Source of the DNA: Phoronis australis
Taxonomy: Eukaryota > Animalia > Phoronida
NCBI GenBank assembly: GCA_002633005.1
Contig: NMRA01000557.1
Span: 19,679-83,678 of the forward strand
Direction of reading: 5' to 3'
DNA length: 64,000 nucleotides
The notes beneath the pieces are model-generated. The model saw only the letters and a list, made by a program, of their open reading frames with translations. It had not been told where the DNA came from and did not search any database. Positions 1 through 13,317 of the stretch are shown piece by piece. Every line of letters starts with the position of its first letter. Position 1 is the first letter of the stretch. The position numbers were made by a program, and so were the translations under genes.

Positions 1-286
1 CCACAGGCGTCCTCAGCTTCTGATCGTCCCCAATACACTACATATAATACTACAAGGTATGACACTTCGGACTTGAAATTCCACGGGTGCTTCACTTCAG
101 CCGTCCATAGCAAACATAAAACTCAATAAATTTGCACAAAACAGGGGTTCAACAAACCATGAAGAATTGTTCTTTCTCCCAATACCATTCACGGTGTCCT
201 GTTACGGCGACTTCGTAAGAAATTCGCAGTCAAAGAACAAAAATGTTCACAAAAAGCCCCCACACACGTTCTCCCTAGGCCCGTCG

Positions 287-384
287 AGGTCAAGGACGGT
301 ACGGAAATTGCCGCTTTGTCGCGTAAAGTCACGATGTCGCTACTTCCGTAACTCACCGGCAATTTCCGTAACCGTCCTTGACCT
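287..384. repeat. Short near-perfect inverted repeat (hairpin or miniature MITE)
   Basis: aggtcaaggacggtacggaaattgccg (287-313) is the reverse complement of 357-384 apart from a 1-nt insertion. Confidence 0.85.
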
Positions 385-879
385 ACCAGTGTTGTAGTGG
401 TAAAATTAGAGGTAAGTAGGTGCCCAAAGCCCACCGTATCACCTTGAGCACTGAACCTATCTTATGGTGCGTAGGCGCTACGTTTAAATGACAAAAGGTG
501 GTTGGCTGCACCTACGTGCGCCTACGCTCCACTACAGCACTGAAACCTACAGCACGTTTAAGCAGGCTATTCTTGCATGATTTTCCTATTTGATCAAGTG
601 TTTTAATGAATTGGTGCGAAACAGTTCAACGCTTGACACAGTAAATAATATTCCTGAATTCTCGTGATCTCCACTAGGGGCTTCAGCGGTACAAAAGGGT
701 CTTGGTCAACATTCACCATTCTGTCATACCATAAGAACATACCTGCCAAATTTCAATAAGATCCTGCAAGGGGTTTAGGAGATACAACAGCGGACGCTGG
801 ATGCCCAAACAGAAATGATGACAATATGCACCCGCATATAAATATGTGAGTGCATGAAAAGGTTTCACTGAATACCTAC

Positions 880-3800
880 CCTCACAATCCTGGAGGTAAA
901 CCCCCCAGGAGTAAATGTTCTCTTTTTCTTGCATAAGCTTATGGCTGCCAACTTCTGACCAACTGACTTGTTACAAGCCCTTGAAGATCGTTGTCGTTAA
1001 AGGTTCTTGAGCGTTATGGCACAACAGCGCCCACGAATCTGCATTTTGCAAATACCTCTTACCACGTATTTGAAATGGACTCAAGTCCATCAACAAATTG
1101 GTCAGAGGCCATCTGATTGCTGAAATATAGCAATTGCTTTGTAATATCAAACACTTTTTCAGACATAATTCGTTTATTGTCAAACATTTTCTTTAGAATC
1201 TACATCCAAGATGTTAAGAGGATGATACACATGGTCTTAGCCACTTCACAGCCCTTATAGAAAGGAAGTGAAAATCTCCCTTGACTCCCATGAGATTCCA
1301 GTTAGATTCTCACTGAATCGCCCATTTTTGTCAGAAATGCCAGTGAGAAGCCAGTGTGAATGGCCAAATGTGAGTTCTACAACTTCACTTAGTTTTGATT
1401 TTTGGCAAGTAGAATGTCCTTGCTAGGAAACCCTCTCAGTTAAGGAATTTGAATAGCTAAGAAGCCAAAAAGAGATTAACTTAACACTAAAAATAATTAA
1501 TTAAAATTGCCCAACAAAATTGTTCGGACCACATGGGAAGCAAAGCTTCTGGTGTTCTGCTGCAGTATGTAAACCTCTGAGCAAGATGGAAACGTACTTG
1601 TAAAACACTAAGTAACTGGCGAGCTTCATAATAACTTTCGTTGTACATCCAATGTCTAACTTATATGTTAAGTTGTAGCACCCATGGTCACTCGCCGAGG
1701 CACTCAACTCCTCCACAACGTTTCTTGCCGTTTCTTCATCTCTAATGTCAAGTATCTGAAATTCAATTAAGACTTTTTACAATAGGAAGCACATTATGCA
1801 GCACTACAAGTGGAGGTCAGAACTAGGCACATGTCTTGGCTATAGCATGAGTAGTCTTCAGTGTTATAAACAGTGCTTTTGTATGAAACAAAATGTAAGC
1901 AGATTAGGCCGGGACCACCATGGGCAATACTCCAACCTACAGACTGCCCCGCGAGAGAGTACTGCTTGCTTTCAAGGGCATCAAGCGATCCCGTGAAAAT
2001 CAGGGATGCTTGCCTACCTTCAAAGAGACCTTTGCCAAAGGCAATCTCTTTCAGCAGAAGCCTAAAAATATAACATCACAATGTCTGTTACCACAAGCAG
2101 GAATGTGAATTTAGTTACCTGAAAAAATAACCCAGTTTGTTCTGATGGCGATTTTGTGCAACGTGAAAAGGACAACATTTCTGATATATGCTATTACAAG
2201 CATACACAAGATTCATAGGCGTTGTGCTTGTGAGTGGATAAAAGGGTCGGCATGTATGAATACCACATCTTTTTGGACAAGAAAGGAGTTTATTGCTTCT
2301 TCAATCCCATTTAGAAATGGCATATCCAAGCAGAACATGGTCAAAGTTTACCTGAAAAACTCTCTAGTGGGGCCTCCATAGTCACTACCATCCTCGCCAC
2401 TAAACTCTATATACATGTATGACTTACGGCCAAAGATGAAGGACGCCTTCTTCAGTGCCCTTGCAGTACTTGAGAAAACTGTCCTTCTGTTAACGATAAT
2501 GGTTGACTTGACATCCTGGATTGTGGCTGAATCTGCCCAAGCCCTAAGGATGCCCTTTAGTCCGTGAGGATGGCTGAGGGTCATTGAGGCTGGCTTGAAC
2601 AAGTTCCTGTTGCTCGTTATTAGTAAGATTGATATAGTGTTTCTGAAAAAGAATGAAGTACGTACATGTATGCTTTGATACAGGTGGATCACCACGCACC
2701 CGTGGTTACCTGGTTAACATCTGATTTGCTTTTGAATTAACTTAAGTCCTTGAACGGATTTTATTTTTGACATTGTGAGGTATCCAGAAGGTCCTAGCAA
2801 TGTCATATCTAATGGGAAGCACCATGTAAACACACACACATGTATCCATATAAATGATAAGAAAGTTAAAAATGTCATTCACAAAACGATTTGCAAATTG
2901 ATAGGGAGGTAAAGAAGAGCAATGCTGAGCATTGAAATGCGCTCACGAAGGCACCTCAATTATGCCATCAAAATGTTTTTGATGAATAATTTTGGATGAG
3001 CTAACAAATAGGATTCATGAAATTGTAAAGCGTTTAGTGTAAATGTGGACACATAAAAGTATCTTTACCTAGACGTGCTTGGTTGGACGCTAGTCTGTCG
3101 CTCCTCTCTAGGTTGTAAGCAGAACTGAATCTGATGAAGTAGGAAAAGAGTCATTCATGTTTCATGTGACAAAATTTTTTACACGTACTGACTTTTCCAC
3201 AACTGTACAGAAATTGGGCAATATGGAAATATGTCATCCTCAAATATTGCACAGCAACCTGTATTTCAAGTTTAGCAGATATCAGACAATTTTTGTTCAT
3301 AAAAAACATGCAAATTAAAACACACGCAACTGCATCAATGTTGACTTAATTCAAACAGGCGTTTCTCAAATAGTGACATTTGGAAAGGAAAAACATAAGA
3401 AGAGTTCATTTATTGAATATCGCTCCCTATGCTGCCCTCGGCTCACTAGTGTTAATGAACCAACTACATTAGGGAAATGACCATACTCTGTTATTATTCC
3501 ATAACTGATATATTAGTGAATCTACTAAAATACTCAAACTCGTGACATTCCTGCTGCCTTTACGCATACCTCTGGATCTTCGATATCTGACAGATCACCA
3601 TCTTGAACCTGATGAAAATATTAGGGAATAATCGACATCATGCAATTAGAACATTACCAAAGTATAAACTTGTCAGATGAACTGGGTCTGATCATGCAAC
3701 TTGTTTAAGGTGGTCAAGCATTTCGTGAGGACAGTTTTCAGCAGCCAGTAAAAGTTTGGGTTAGTCTTAAATTTGTACCCCTTTTGCAAATTAGCACAAT

Positions 3801-6800
3801 ATTTAGTATGTGAGCGTGTTAAGCAATTTGGTATTTTGCTCTCACTTCATGTAAAGAAAGGTAGACATATGTGACCCACCACAACAAAATGAATCTTAAG
3901 TCAGAAATCCACTAGGGGGCGGTGCACTATTCGAAGTCGCTGAAAAATCATCGTCAGGTGTCTTCTGAACAACAAGAACAAATTTTATTCCAATTTTCAC
4001 AATCGTTCTCAGAGATTTGGTTGACAGAGGGGTACACAACAAGAAAACGGTAAACGTAGGGTGCATAATACATGTAAATGATATTGGTTGATAAATTGGT
4101 ATTTTGCATCGTTTCAACTCCGAAGACAGTGCTCAATAACCTTATCTTTTTATGGCTTACCAAGGATTGTTCTCCTATCCCAGCACCACTCTCACAAGTT
4201 GGTTCAATATGTGCCAATGAATCAGACCCCTCCAGTAATTATTAAAATTTACAATACAGTATGGTCAAAACAACACTTGCTCATCCAAAAAATTGTGTTA
4301 TTGTTATGTAAAGTTACGTTGAACAGTTATTGAGATTTTCAACCGCTAAAAGAATGTTTAAAAACTCAAGTCACCATATGGAGTGCAGACATTAGCGTAA
4401 CACCAAGAGTTGAGTAGCAGCGGCGCATTGTCATCTGCTGTATGGGGATGTATAATGGAAGCACGCGTTGAAAAGTGAATGCTGCTAAACTATAACAGTT
4501 GTTACCAGAATAAATTAAATCCCGAACACTCAGTTGAAAAACACTTAAATAGGCACATTCAAAGCTGAAAAGTAATTTGCATCCAAGTGTAGTGATTGAA
4601 AGCCAATCCTCCTTTAGTTGAGGAAAATATTGTGCTTAGTGCTTCTATTTGGTTTTGTCCTCCTTTTCACAGTTCGTGTTCGTCTAAAGCACTAAAAAGC
4701 ATCGAGCTTACAGCGGATATCCCAGCAGGAGTGTTTGTTGCAGATGTAGAAATTCCTGCTTCACCTAAAATATTAAAACATTATGGGTACACATAATTTG
4801 TAGTTAAACTTTGACACCGCTGCACTACCTGTCGACGAAACTTACTTCAAGAGTACGAAACCAGGCTTTATCATTTAGGAAGCTTGACTCCTCACGGTAA
4901 GCACAGACCATTTGACTAGGACTTACACAAAAATAGACTGAACTTGAAGTAGGCATGTGGAGGACGGACTATCCTTTCATTTTGCAATCTCAAATGGCGA
5001 AGTGTCAAAAAAATTAGTCACTTAGCTGTCACAGTAGGATGTATGACAGACTAAAATAAATGTCACAGGAACTAAAATCTCAGCTCCTGAAAATATATGG
5101 TTTGCACAGTTCCACCCTCAATTAACATAGTTGCCATAATATCATTTATTATAATGTCAAGGTCAAAAGCTATTATATGACCGGACATACTTAATGATAA
5201 AAACTGCCTCCCGTTCAGTAACGCTAAGACCTCGCTAAAAACAAGACTTCGCGAGATTACGTGAGATATTGCCGTGCATCTTAAATGAGAACACGTGACT
5301 TTGACTAGGTTTTAGCTAGGTCCTAGCGTAGGTCCTAGCATCTACTGAACGCACGCCTGGTCACAGATTATTCAATCAAGTCACATCATGAGTACAATAG
5401 CCAATCCTAAAGCATGCCAAACGAATGTTGATGGAGAAAATCCTATATGGTTGTAAGTTTTTAAGCTTACTTAATTCAAAGGAAATGTTAACAAACCAAA
5501 CTGATCTAAGCCCTGATTTCCAAGAAACTGAGCAAGAGTTTGATCGTCAATCAGCGTTGAAGTTTCATTTTCTTTCGAGAGTAAAAACCAATAGTTATCG
5601 TGGCAAGGGAAACTTAAATGCTAATAGCAGGTTATTGTGCAAGGTTGCCACATCATCTGCAGGGATTGTTCACATTTATCAGAGTACATTCACAAATGAA
5701 CAAAAACGCACACGCCTGACCAGCAAGCGTTGGTGCTCTATCTCTCACTGTAAGGTTATGTTTTGATCAGTAATGTAAGTAGCAGTGATAATTGTGAACT
5801 GTTCTCTTATATGCTGTAGAAAGAACAGCTCAAAAAATTACAAAGCACCGGTGAAGGATCAACAGCAACAGCCACACACGCAGAAGAGGTAGCGGTTGAA
5901 ACATGACATGGCATTGGCCCTCTTGCAGGCTACCCATACAACACGACTCTCATGTTCACAGCTCACACGCCTGTAAAGTCAGTTCACTGATACATAACTT
6001 TGAGCGTACTCAAAGACTGATTACAGAAGCAAAAAAGCAGCTCACTGACTCATAAAATTGGATGAGTAGCGAAGAGTCCAATTTTTACATGTGCTGGTGC
6101 TGAGGTTGCAGAATAGCAGGTAATCCGTCACTGGCGTAAGTGATCTAAAATGAATACACGCCTGCGTTTAGTCAATGAACTGAGTTTAGCCTTGGCATCC
6201 AAAGCAAAGTGTTTTATTGATGATATAATGCACAAAATCTGATTTCTTTGTAATACAGAAATGCAGTTTTGTACCAACGCCACTTGACACTAGACAAAAA
6301 GTAAACATTAGACCGCTGTAGTGAGAGCCTGTTCTTGTACCAACTACGCTCTGACCAAATGACACACAAAGAATTACACCAGGCTAAGGAATGTGACGCA
6401 ATTAGTGTATACAACACCACAGCACTACATTAAGTGTACATGAACCAAATACTCCTACCACTGACTGTAGACTGAGCTTCTCACATATCACATGTGAACT
6501 TTAGAAAAACATTAAAGTTATTAAAACTTGTACCCAACTTGCAAGTATTAAAATGGGAAAACAAGTTACAAAATATCATTTAAAGGGTAAATTTCAAAAG
6601 TGAACAATGGTATATCTCACTGCACCCTAAATTGACATGTTACATGTATACATCCAAACATGTGCGTGCCATCATATCCACAATTGGAACATAATGTTTG
6701 AAATTTCATGAGTATCCATTAATTAAATTATATCTTAGATAGATACAGCAGCAGACGGTAGACGTATGGACACCAGACCATAATGATTTGAAAAACTAAT

Positions 6801-7413
6801 TTGAAAATCAAAACTGATAATTGCATTATTTGGTACTCACCAATGCCAACAGTTGATGGTGGCAACTCACCAATACCAACAGTTGATGTTGGCAACTCAC
6901 CCCTTCTAGCCTGCAAAAGGAGTACAAGTTTAACTTGAACCATAATATTTTAAAACTCAAACATAAAATACGATTTACAAAAGGCAAACACTTAAACTCT
7001 TCAATTGACATCAAACAACCTGGTCTATGATATGGAGACAAATCTTCAGGGTATCCTGCCAAAGTATTAGACACTTTTAACCTAATCCATGCAAGGTATA
7101 ACAACTATACATATGCATGGCCTATGAAGAGAACTGCTAGACATGAAATGCATATACTAGCCTCATCAAATTGTGCAATCTGAACATTTATCTAGCCTTG
7201 CCTAATGTGCATCCTTAGCCCAACTCCCACCACATCTTACCCACTAGCTGTGACAGTACGGGAAAGCTATTTGTTAGAATAGGACAAGAACATAAGCTGG
7301 AAAGGCACGACATCAGATGTTGACGGATTGTTTAACAAGATGTCTCGCAGACGATTCCTAATTGCAATCTCAGAATCCCCATTGGCAATGTCAATTATAC
7401 TCTCAAGAAAAAC
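880..7413 (-). pseudogene. G2E3-like HECT-domain E3 ubiquitin ligase pseudogene (multi-exon; C-lobe not seen in window)
   Basis: Exons flanked by AG/GT with compatible phases: 2642-2352 (..IIVNRRTVFSS..IEFSGEDGSDYGGPTREFF), 2061-~1880 (RLLLKEIAFGKGLFEG..ALESKQYSLAGQSVGWSIAHGGPG; donor not found), 1755-1598, 1119-880 (DQFVDGLES..SEVGS..EKENIYSWGVYLQDCE). Probable upstream exons at 7413-~7161, 6910-6841, 3608-3570 and ~3130-3069. In-frame stops at 1059-1061 and 971-973, three more in the 7413 exon, plus a frameshift. Confidence 0.8.
6835..6902. repeat. 30-bp tandem repeat (~2.3 copies) within a putative HECT-gene exon
   Basis: Unit actcaccaatRccaacagttgatgKtggca; reads GELPxSTVGI on the - strand. 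Confidence 0.8.
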
Positions 7414-8040
7414 CTGTAAAACAAAAGTCAATTTGATATTAAGTTACCCTCAAAGGAGAAAGCTACCATTCTCAATGCAACTTTTATTAAAATTGCAACT
7501 CTGGCCAACTTCTGGTTAGGCACCGTTAACCACTGGTTTATTAGGAGTATTACCAACACTATTTGTCTTATTGGGAAGGTCATTAAACTTTTATTTATAC
7601 CGCTACATATTTAAAACAGTGCATTTGAGGTATCCAAAACAACCAGACAGTGTTGCAAGTTTAATATTTAAGTTGACCTGCACCACAGGGTTTTTCAATG
7701 AAAACTTATCGGGAATTGCGTGAAAGCGCTCGGCGTGTCGATACCGCGTTTCTGCATGTCTCACAGGAATTTGACAATACATAGAGATTGCTCAAATACT
7801 GTGTTTTTGCAGTCACCAAACAAAGAATCAGACTGAGAACCGCTAAGTAACTTATTGCCTACGGATGTTTGTGGGTGTTCTGTTTAACGAGGCGACTTGC
7901 AGCACTAGCAGCAACGATAACCTAGAAATAGGAACACACATGTTGACGTTGATGACAGCATAATGGTAAACACGGACAAATCATTAAAAGTTTTTGATTG
8001 TTATTGTGGTGACTAATTGTAGAACAGAAATAAACATACA

Positions 8041-8449
8041 CCGGGTCTCGGTCTCTAATCTTTGTACTCGAAACGAACTCGAAACTATTTTTGGCAATTT
8101 CTGTGCTCCTTTTGTGCGAACTTAAGATAATTGGTTATCAGACTGTGCTCGAATACATTATAGTTTATGCAGAGGAGTTTCTAGTTCAAGTTTGCCCTTG
8201 AAGACCCTTATATTCGTGCTACAAACTCGAGTAAAAACTCAAAATTTCGAGTTCAAACTCAAACTTATTGCTTTAATATTGGATTTACAAACTGTGAACT
8301 AAGGGCAATAAATTATCTACGTAAGTTATTGTGTACTTGAGCATAGAATAATAGACACTTATCTTGAGTTCGCCCAAAAGTAGAGTGGAAAATGCCAAAC
8401 CAAATGTCGAGTTCCATTTTGAGTAAAAAGATTGGAGACCGGGCCCGGG
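8041..8449. mobile_element. MITE with ~130-bp imperfect terminal inverted repeats
   Basis: 8041-8170 (ccgggtctcggtctctaatctttgtactcgaaacgaactcga...) aligns with the reverse complement of ~8316-8449. Confidence 0.75.
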
Positions 8450-8477
8450 TCTCTAATAAACGCTCCCCTCTCATAGG

Positions 8478-9137
8478 GGTTGGGTCTGGTGCACATTTGA
8501 GAAAAAATACATATGATTGATATTGCATGTTTTGGGAAAAATCAAAAATTCAGAAATTTTTTATTATTAGCGAGATCAAGGTTTTAAAGCAAAAACAGCA
8601 TATTTATGGAGTGCAAAAACACATTTCAACTTCATAACATGTAGAACTCAAACTTAAAACGTCCGAGTAATATACAGTATGTGTACAGAAATGCACTTAA
8701 ATAATAATATTATACCCAGTTATTACATGTACCTTGCATTCTGTGACTGCCACCACCACTGGTCTCAGCACTTATCAAAGTACAGATCGTAACCTTGTAT
8801 ATTGTACTATGTTTCCACTCACCTTCTGCTCCGTCAGCACACGGTGTGGGGCGTTGTCCCTTCTATAAACCCCGATACCCCAAGCCTTCGAAACGCGCTG
8901 AGATCAGCGCGTAAGGGGAAAACTGCAAAATCCCTACGATACGATTAGCACAAACACGTCAGAATGGACGCGCACAACAAAAAAACGGAAGTAACAGTAC
9001 TGAAAGAGAAATGATTTGATAGAATAGAAAAAAAAACTAAGGGACGCTTTTCAATAAAGCGTCAAAGGCGTTGTCGCGAGACAGGTGGCAAGTCTGGGCA
9101 GAACGACAGATGACCCAATTTTGCACTAAACCCAACC
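8478..9137. mobile_element. Non-autonomous TIR DNA element
   Basis: Left ggttgggtctggtgcacatttg versus right end reverse complement ggttgggtttagtgcaaaattg. Confidence 0.6.
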
Positions 9138-10255
9138 GATCAAGCGAATATATAGTTTTTGTCTTGTTTTTGTTTTATAATATAAGGGTGAGAAAACTTA
9201 AGTAACGTGTTGCATGTCAAAGGGAAGGAACAAAGTGTTCGCAACGCACTTGCACCTTCCGAATATAGATTGTCGAAACTTAAAAAAATGAATAAAGAAA
9301 ACTCCAAATTACCCAAAAACGATAGATGTTCGATACGCATCCTCTGCTCATGCCGTGAATAATGTGCTAACACGAAAGTCACGCATTTCTAAAGCCATGG
9401 GTGACTTTTCACCGCTCGTCCTTCTGAGCGGCTTTTACCAGGATCTAAAAGAAAGCAGCGCCAGAGTCGGACTCAGTTGCGATGACCACGTTGTCCGGTG
9501 TGAGCAAGACCCAATTAAGTGTAATTACGGGACCAAAAACAATAGTAATCGTCTCTGCCTGTACATATTTCTGAATTTTCAAAATGCACTAACCTACAGT
9601 TTTCGTTAAAAACAAATACCACCGCGGCATTCAGATGGAAAAACAACCAAGTTTGGTTTTCGATTTTTAAAAATCGATTAACGTATTAAGCTAAAAACTG
9701 CGAACATTGGGCACGATTGAAGATAAACGACTGTGCGTATTGTCACACTCGGTGGATTTACAAACCGGCGCTGATCAGAGCTAACAGTATCACTTGGATT
9801 ATTCTTTTAATATACAACTAAGCTGCATTGAAACATCTATTAACATCACACAGACGACACAGTGACTAAATATTAGATGTCAACAACTTTTAAAACATCG
9901 CTTATGGTCCAGTGCATGCCGAACTATTACTCGAAGAGTAGTACACTAACCGGACATGCGCCAATTTCGATAGTTAGCTTGCAGTTGTAATGGAACACAT
10001 GTGAAGACAAGAAGATGGCTAGCTTTGTAGTCAATGAGAGAGTGCAAGCAGTGGATGAGGTTGGTCGGTGGGCAGGAGGAAAAGATAGAATACTTATGTA
10101 GTTACTGCAACCAAAATTGTCCAGAAGCTCCAAATCCTCAGTTGGGCTATTACCATATTTGCACTTTTGTAGATATTTTATGATTTGAGTTTTAATAACG
10201 ATTGAACTGGAACTAATGAGACGTGTTGTTTTATTTGCTGTGACATGTTTATAAT

Positions 10256-13200
10256 GGGGCTATTCGGAAAATTTACATTAACTAGAGGGCGCGCGTATAC
10301 TAGTTGTGATAGATTAACAGCCTCGATTTCGCAAGCCCTTGAAATACATGGTGAAATGGCTTGTAGGCGTGCCAACTGAATCTGAGATTGCATGAAAAAG
10401 GTGCTTCTTTGAGAGAAAGTAAGCACGACCTTATACAAAGGTAAGGTTTGTGATTATTTTAACGATTATTCCATGTTTATTCTACTGATGCCTGTTAACT
10501 AAGATACTGGCCGATGTCGACTTCGCGGCAGTCGCCAGTCGGGTTAATCTTTGTTTGTTGTGATGCGGGTTACGATACTTGATGTAGCACTCTGGATATT
10601 TTCGTACATCAAAGCAGTATTATTGTTTGGAATGATTTCTAACAGGTTTATCAGTGACAGTTACATCAATGAATGCTGAATTTTTAACTCGATATTGGTT
10701 AGTGAGATTACAATCCAAGCCTAATGCCATGGCAAATGGTACGTAAATATCCATTAGACTATTTGTTTACTCCCAATCCTATGTCTTCCGGAAATTTATT
10801 ACATGTTAAAATGAAAATCTATCATGTCTGTTTTCACGTGCCCTTTGGTTTTTAGGTTTGAGGGTTTGTACCGTGCAGAGGAAATATGCATCGCTTCTGC
10901 ATCGCACCTGAATGGAGAAAAATTGGTTTTAAGCAGTTGACTGCAGCTAACCAGCAAGATCTTCCCATCCAGTGTAGATCTGTTGTTCAAGCCTATTTTC
11001 TTCATCGGACACAACGAACAAGCTTTGTAACTCCTTTCTGTTTCTGGTGAAATGTGAATCGCAGTACGCAGTTACGATAAGACAACGTGTTGTTTGTGTA
11101 TGACATGCGCGCACCCAGGGGGGGNGGGGGGGGGGGGGCTCGAACGAAGTTGGCCAAAAAGTCCGCCTCAAAGAGACAAAAAGTCCGAGAAAGTTTGGCA
11201 TAAGTCCCTTGAACATGTGCAAACGCGCAATTCACAGTGGTGCTCCCGTTATTTTTTTTCTAGTCCAAAAGGTCCACAAAAGTCAGGCTGGGTGCGCGCA
11301 TGTATGAAGAGGAACTACATGTATATCTGACTGCTATACAAGTCAGCCTCGTTGGTGAGGATGGCCTTTCGTAGGCAATAAGTCATGTGTGGACAATAGC
11401 TTATTTCCTTTCCTGGAAGAAACATGCTGGGTTGAAGCTAAAGAAGACGCAGTGACATTCTGGTCTAGTTCAGAGTCAGAGTTTGGGGACAAAACGAGTC
11501 AAGTGATATGCTGCTGTGTTTACCTTCAAGGATCTAATTGAGGCTGAATGAGGTTACCTGGAGGAAAGCCACATGCCGAAACTGGACCTGTTTCACAAGC
11601 GCTTCTATAGGCTATTGAAACTAGATCTCTGTGAAATGAAAACCAAAAGTATCTGGTACAAATACCTGTCCTTTCTCACTGAATGACATTAACTTTTACT
11701 TTCAGAAGAAAGGCTTTATGTTAATGGTAAAAACTTTTAAATTTGGTACACATTATGGGGAAATGACATTCAGTGACTGCATCGATTGTCTTATTGGCAT
11801 TAGAAAGCCCGTTAATGTTACACTTTGATGGTCGAATGAATTTTTCATCAACAGGCAAGTTTGTCACTAATTATTGAAACAACAATATTTCCTCAGTTTT
11901 AAAGCCCCACACAGTGCAGTTGTGCTTATTCTTTATAAAGCTGAAATGATTAGCGATTACGCTTGCAAATTGTCGTTTTTCTGTTGACCTCTAGAAATCT
12001 GCAGGGATCAAAATGAAGTATTCTCTTTCTTTGCATTTGATTTGTTTGTGTGTGTAATTATTTTAGAGCTTTCTTAAGAAGGCCTTTTAACAATTTTAAG
12101 TGTTGTGTTAACTTGTCCTCAACAAAAGTTCCACATGCAAGAAAAGTATATAAAGAAACAACATTGTTAAAAATAACTGTAATTTTCCCACGCAATGGAG
12201 TCCATAATAAGGCATATCAAGGGCTAAATTTCTGAATTGTGTTCAATTCTCTCAGGTTAATGCTGAAGGATTGCTTTTCACTTTGTCCAAAGGTAAAATA
12301 GACAGTGAGGCGGCTGGTTTCAGTCGTTTTCTCTCACCTGTAACAGAATGGTCAGAGAAATATTAACAAAGTATAAAGAAAACACAAGACAAAACTACTT
12401 TAGTAAGGCAGAACATACTTGACGTTTCATCTTCACGTTTATATGTAGAAACTAATAATCTTTGTACACAAGTCTTATTTAAGATCTGAATTAAACTATG
12501 TGAAACAGGCCAAAAGTGATTTAATAATGTATATTTTTCACGGCACCTAAAATGTGCATCTGACCTCAACAAGTAAAATTCTTTCTAGGTGTCAATTTTT
12601 ATTCCAATGCAATGTTATGACATTTACTGAATAGCTTATTCATGTTAATTCAGTAACTAATCTGGTAGTCCTGGGGATGGAGTCCGCCATAAAATAAGGA
12701 AACTCACTATACGGCGTCTAGAGAATTTTATTGGATATAGCATGGCTTTGAAGAGAAACTGCTGTGAAAAAGTCACCCTTGACTTCTGAGCGTCATGCAC
12801 CATACACCTCTTATATTGGGCGCATTCCCAGCCCACCCCTGGAGGACAATATGTGAATATGTGCTGCTAGCTAGCCTACCCGGCATCCGCGTCCTGGGTG
12901 AGTTTCCGAAAAGAAACACTTAGTTCCATTTAATAAATCGGTTATTCAGTGGGGGTAACTGGTGGGGATAACATCACCGAACGATGGCGATAGAAACTTG
13001 ATTGCTAAAAACTTATCAAGTTACGTTATGTAGTCTCCCAAAGGGGCTTCGGCATCCACACACTTGTTGTCAGTTGGTTGACCCTTTTGACCGCAATGCT
13101 CCACGAATGTAGTAACCTTAGGTCTTTTGGTAATTTATGACCACCTGTCGAAGACTTGCACCAGGGAAAATAGCAAAAATAAGGCTTTGAGCGACGACGT

Positions 13201-13317
13201 ATTGTGATGACAACCCGTCTTTTTATCAGCTGTTTACATGCAGACAGCGACCCATGCGCAATTCAATCACCACAAGTACAGCAGCGACACCCCGAGGAGA
13301 ATTCTCCGAATAGCCCC
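10256..13317. mobile_element. ISL2EU-like (PIF/Harbinger-related) DNA transposon remnant with convergent SAP-SWIM and THAP genes
   Basis: Termini aat|ggggctattcggaaaatt and aattctccgaatagcccc|att (20/21 inverted match, AT flanks). + strand: SAP-like exon LHEKGASLRESKHDLIQR|gtaagg (~10390-10440) and SWIM-like relic (~11535-11600). - strand: THAP relic PYFCYFPWCKSSTGGHKLPKDLRLLHSWSIAVKR..W.P (~13185-13045) and GERKRLKPAASLSILP (~12340-12290). Confidence 0.75.
11104..11302. mobile_element. CATG-terminal MITE with 5-bp TSD, nested in the ISL2EU-like element
   Basis: TIR catgcgcgcaccca..tgggtgcgcgcatg; TSD tatga on both sides; related to 41530-41830. Confidence 0.85.

Noticed and set aside
8823-8990. 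Minus-strand donor (AAG|gtgagt) as first exon of the HECT gene
   Set aside because: Lies inside a separate TIR element (8478-9137); no evidence linking it to the gene.
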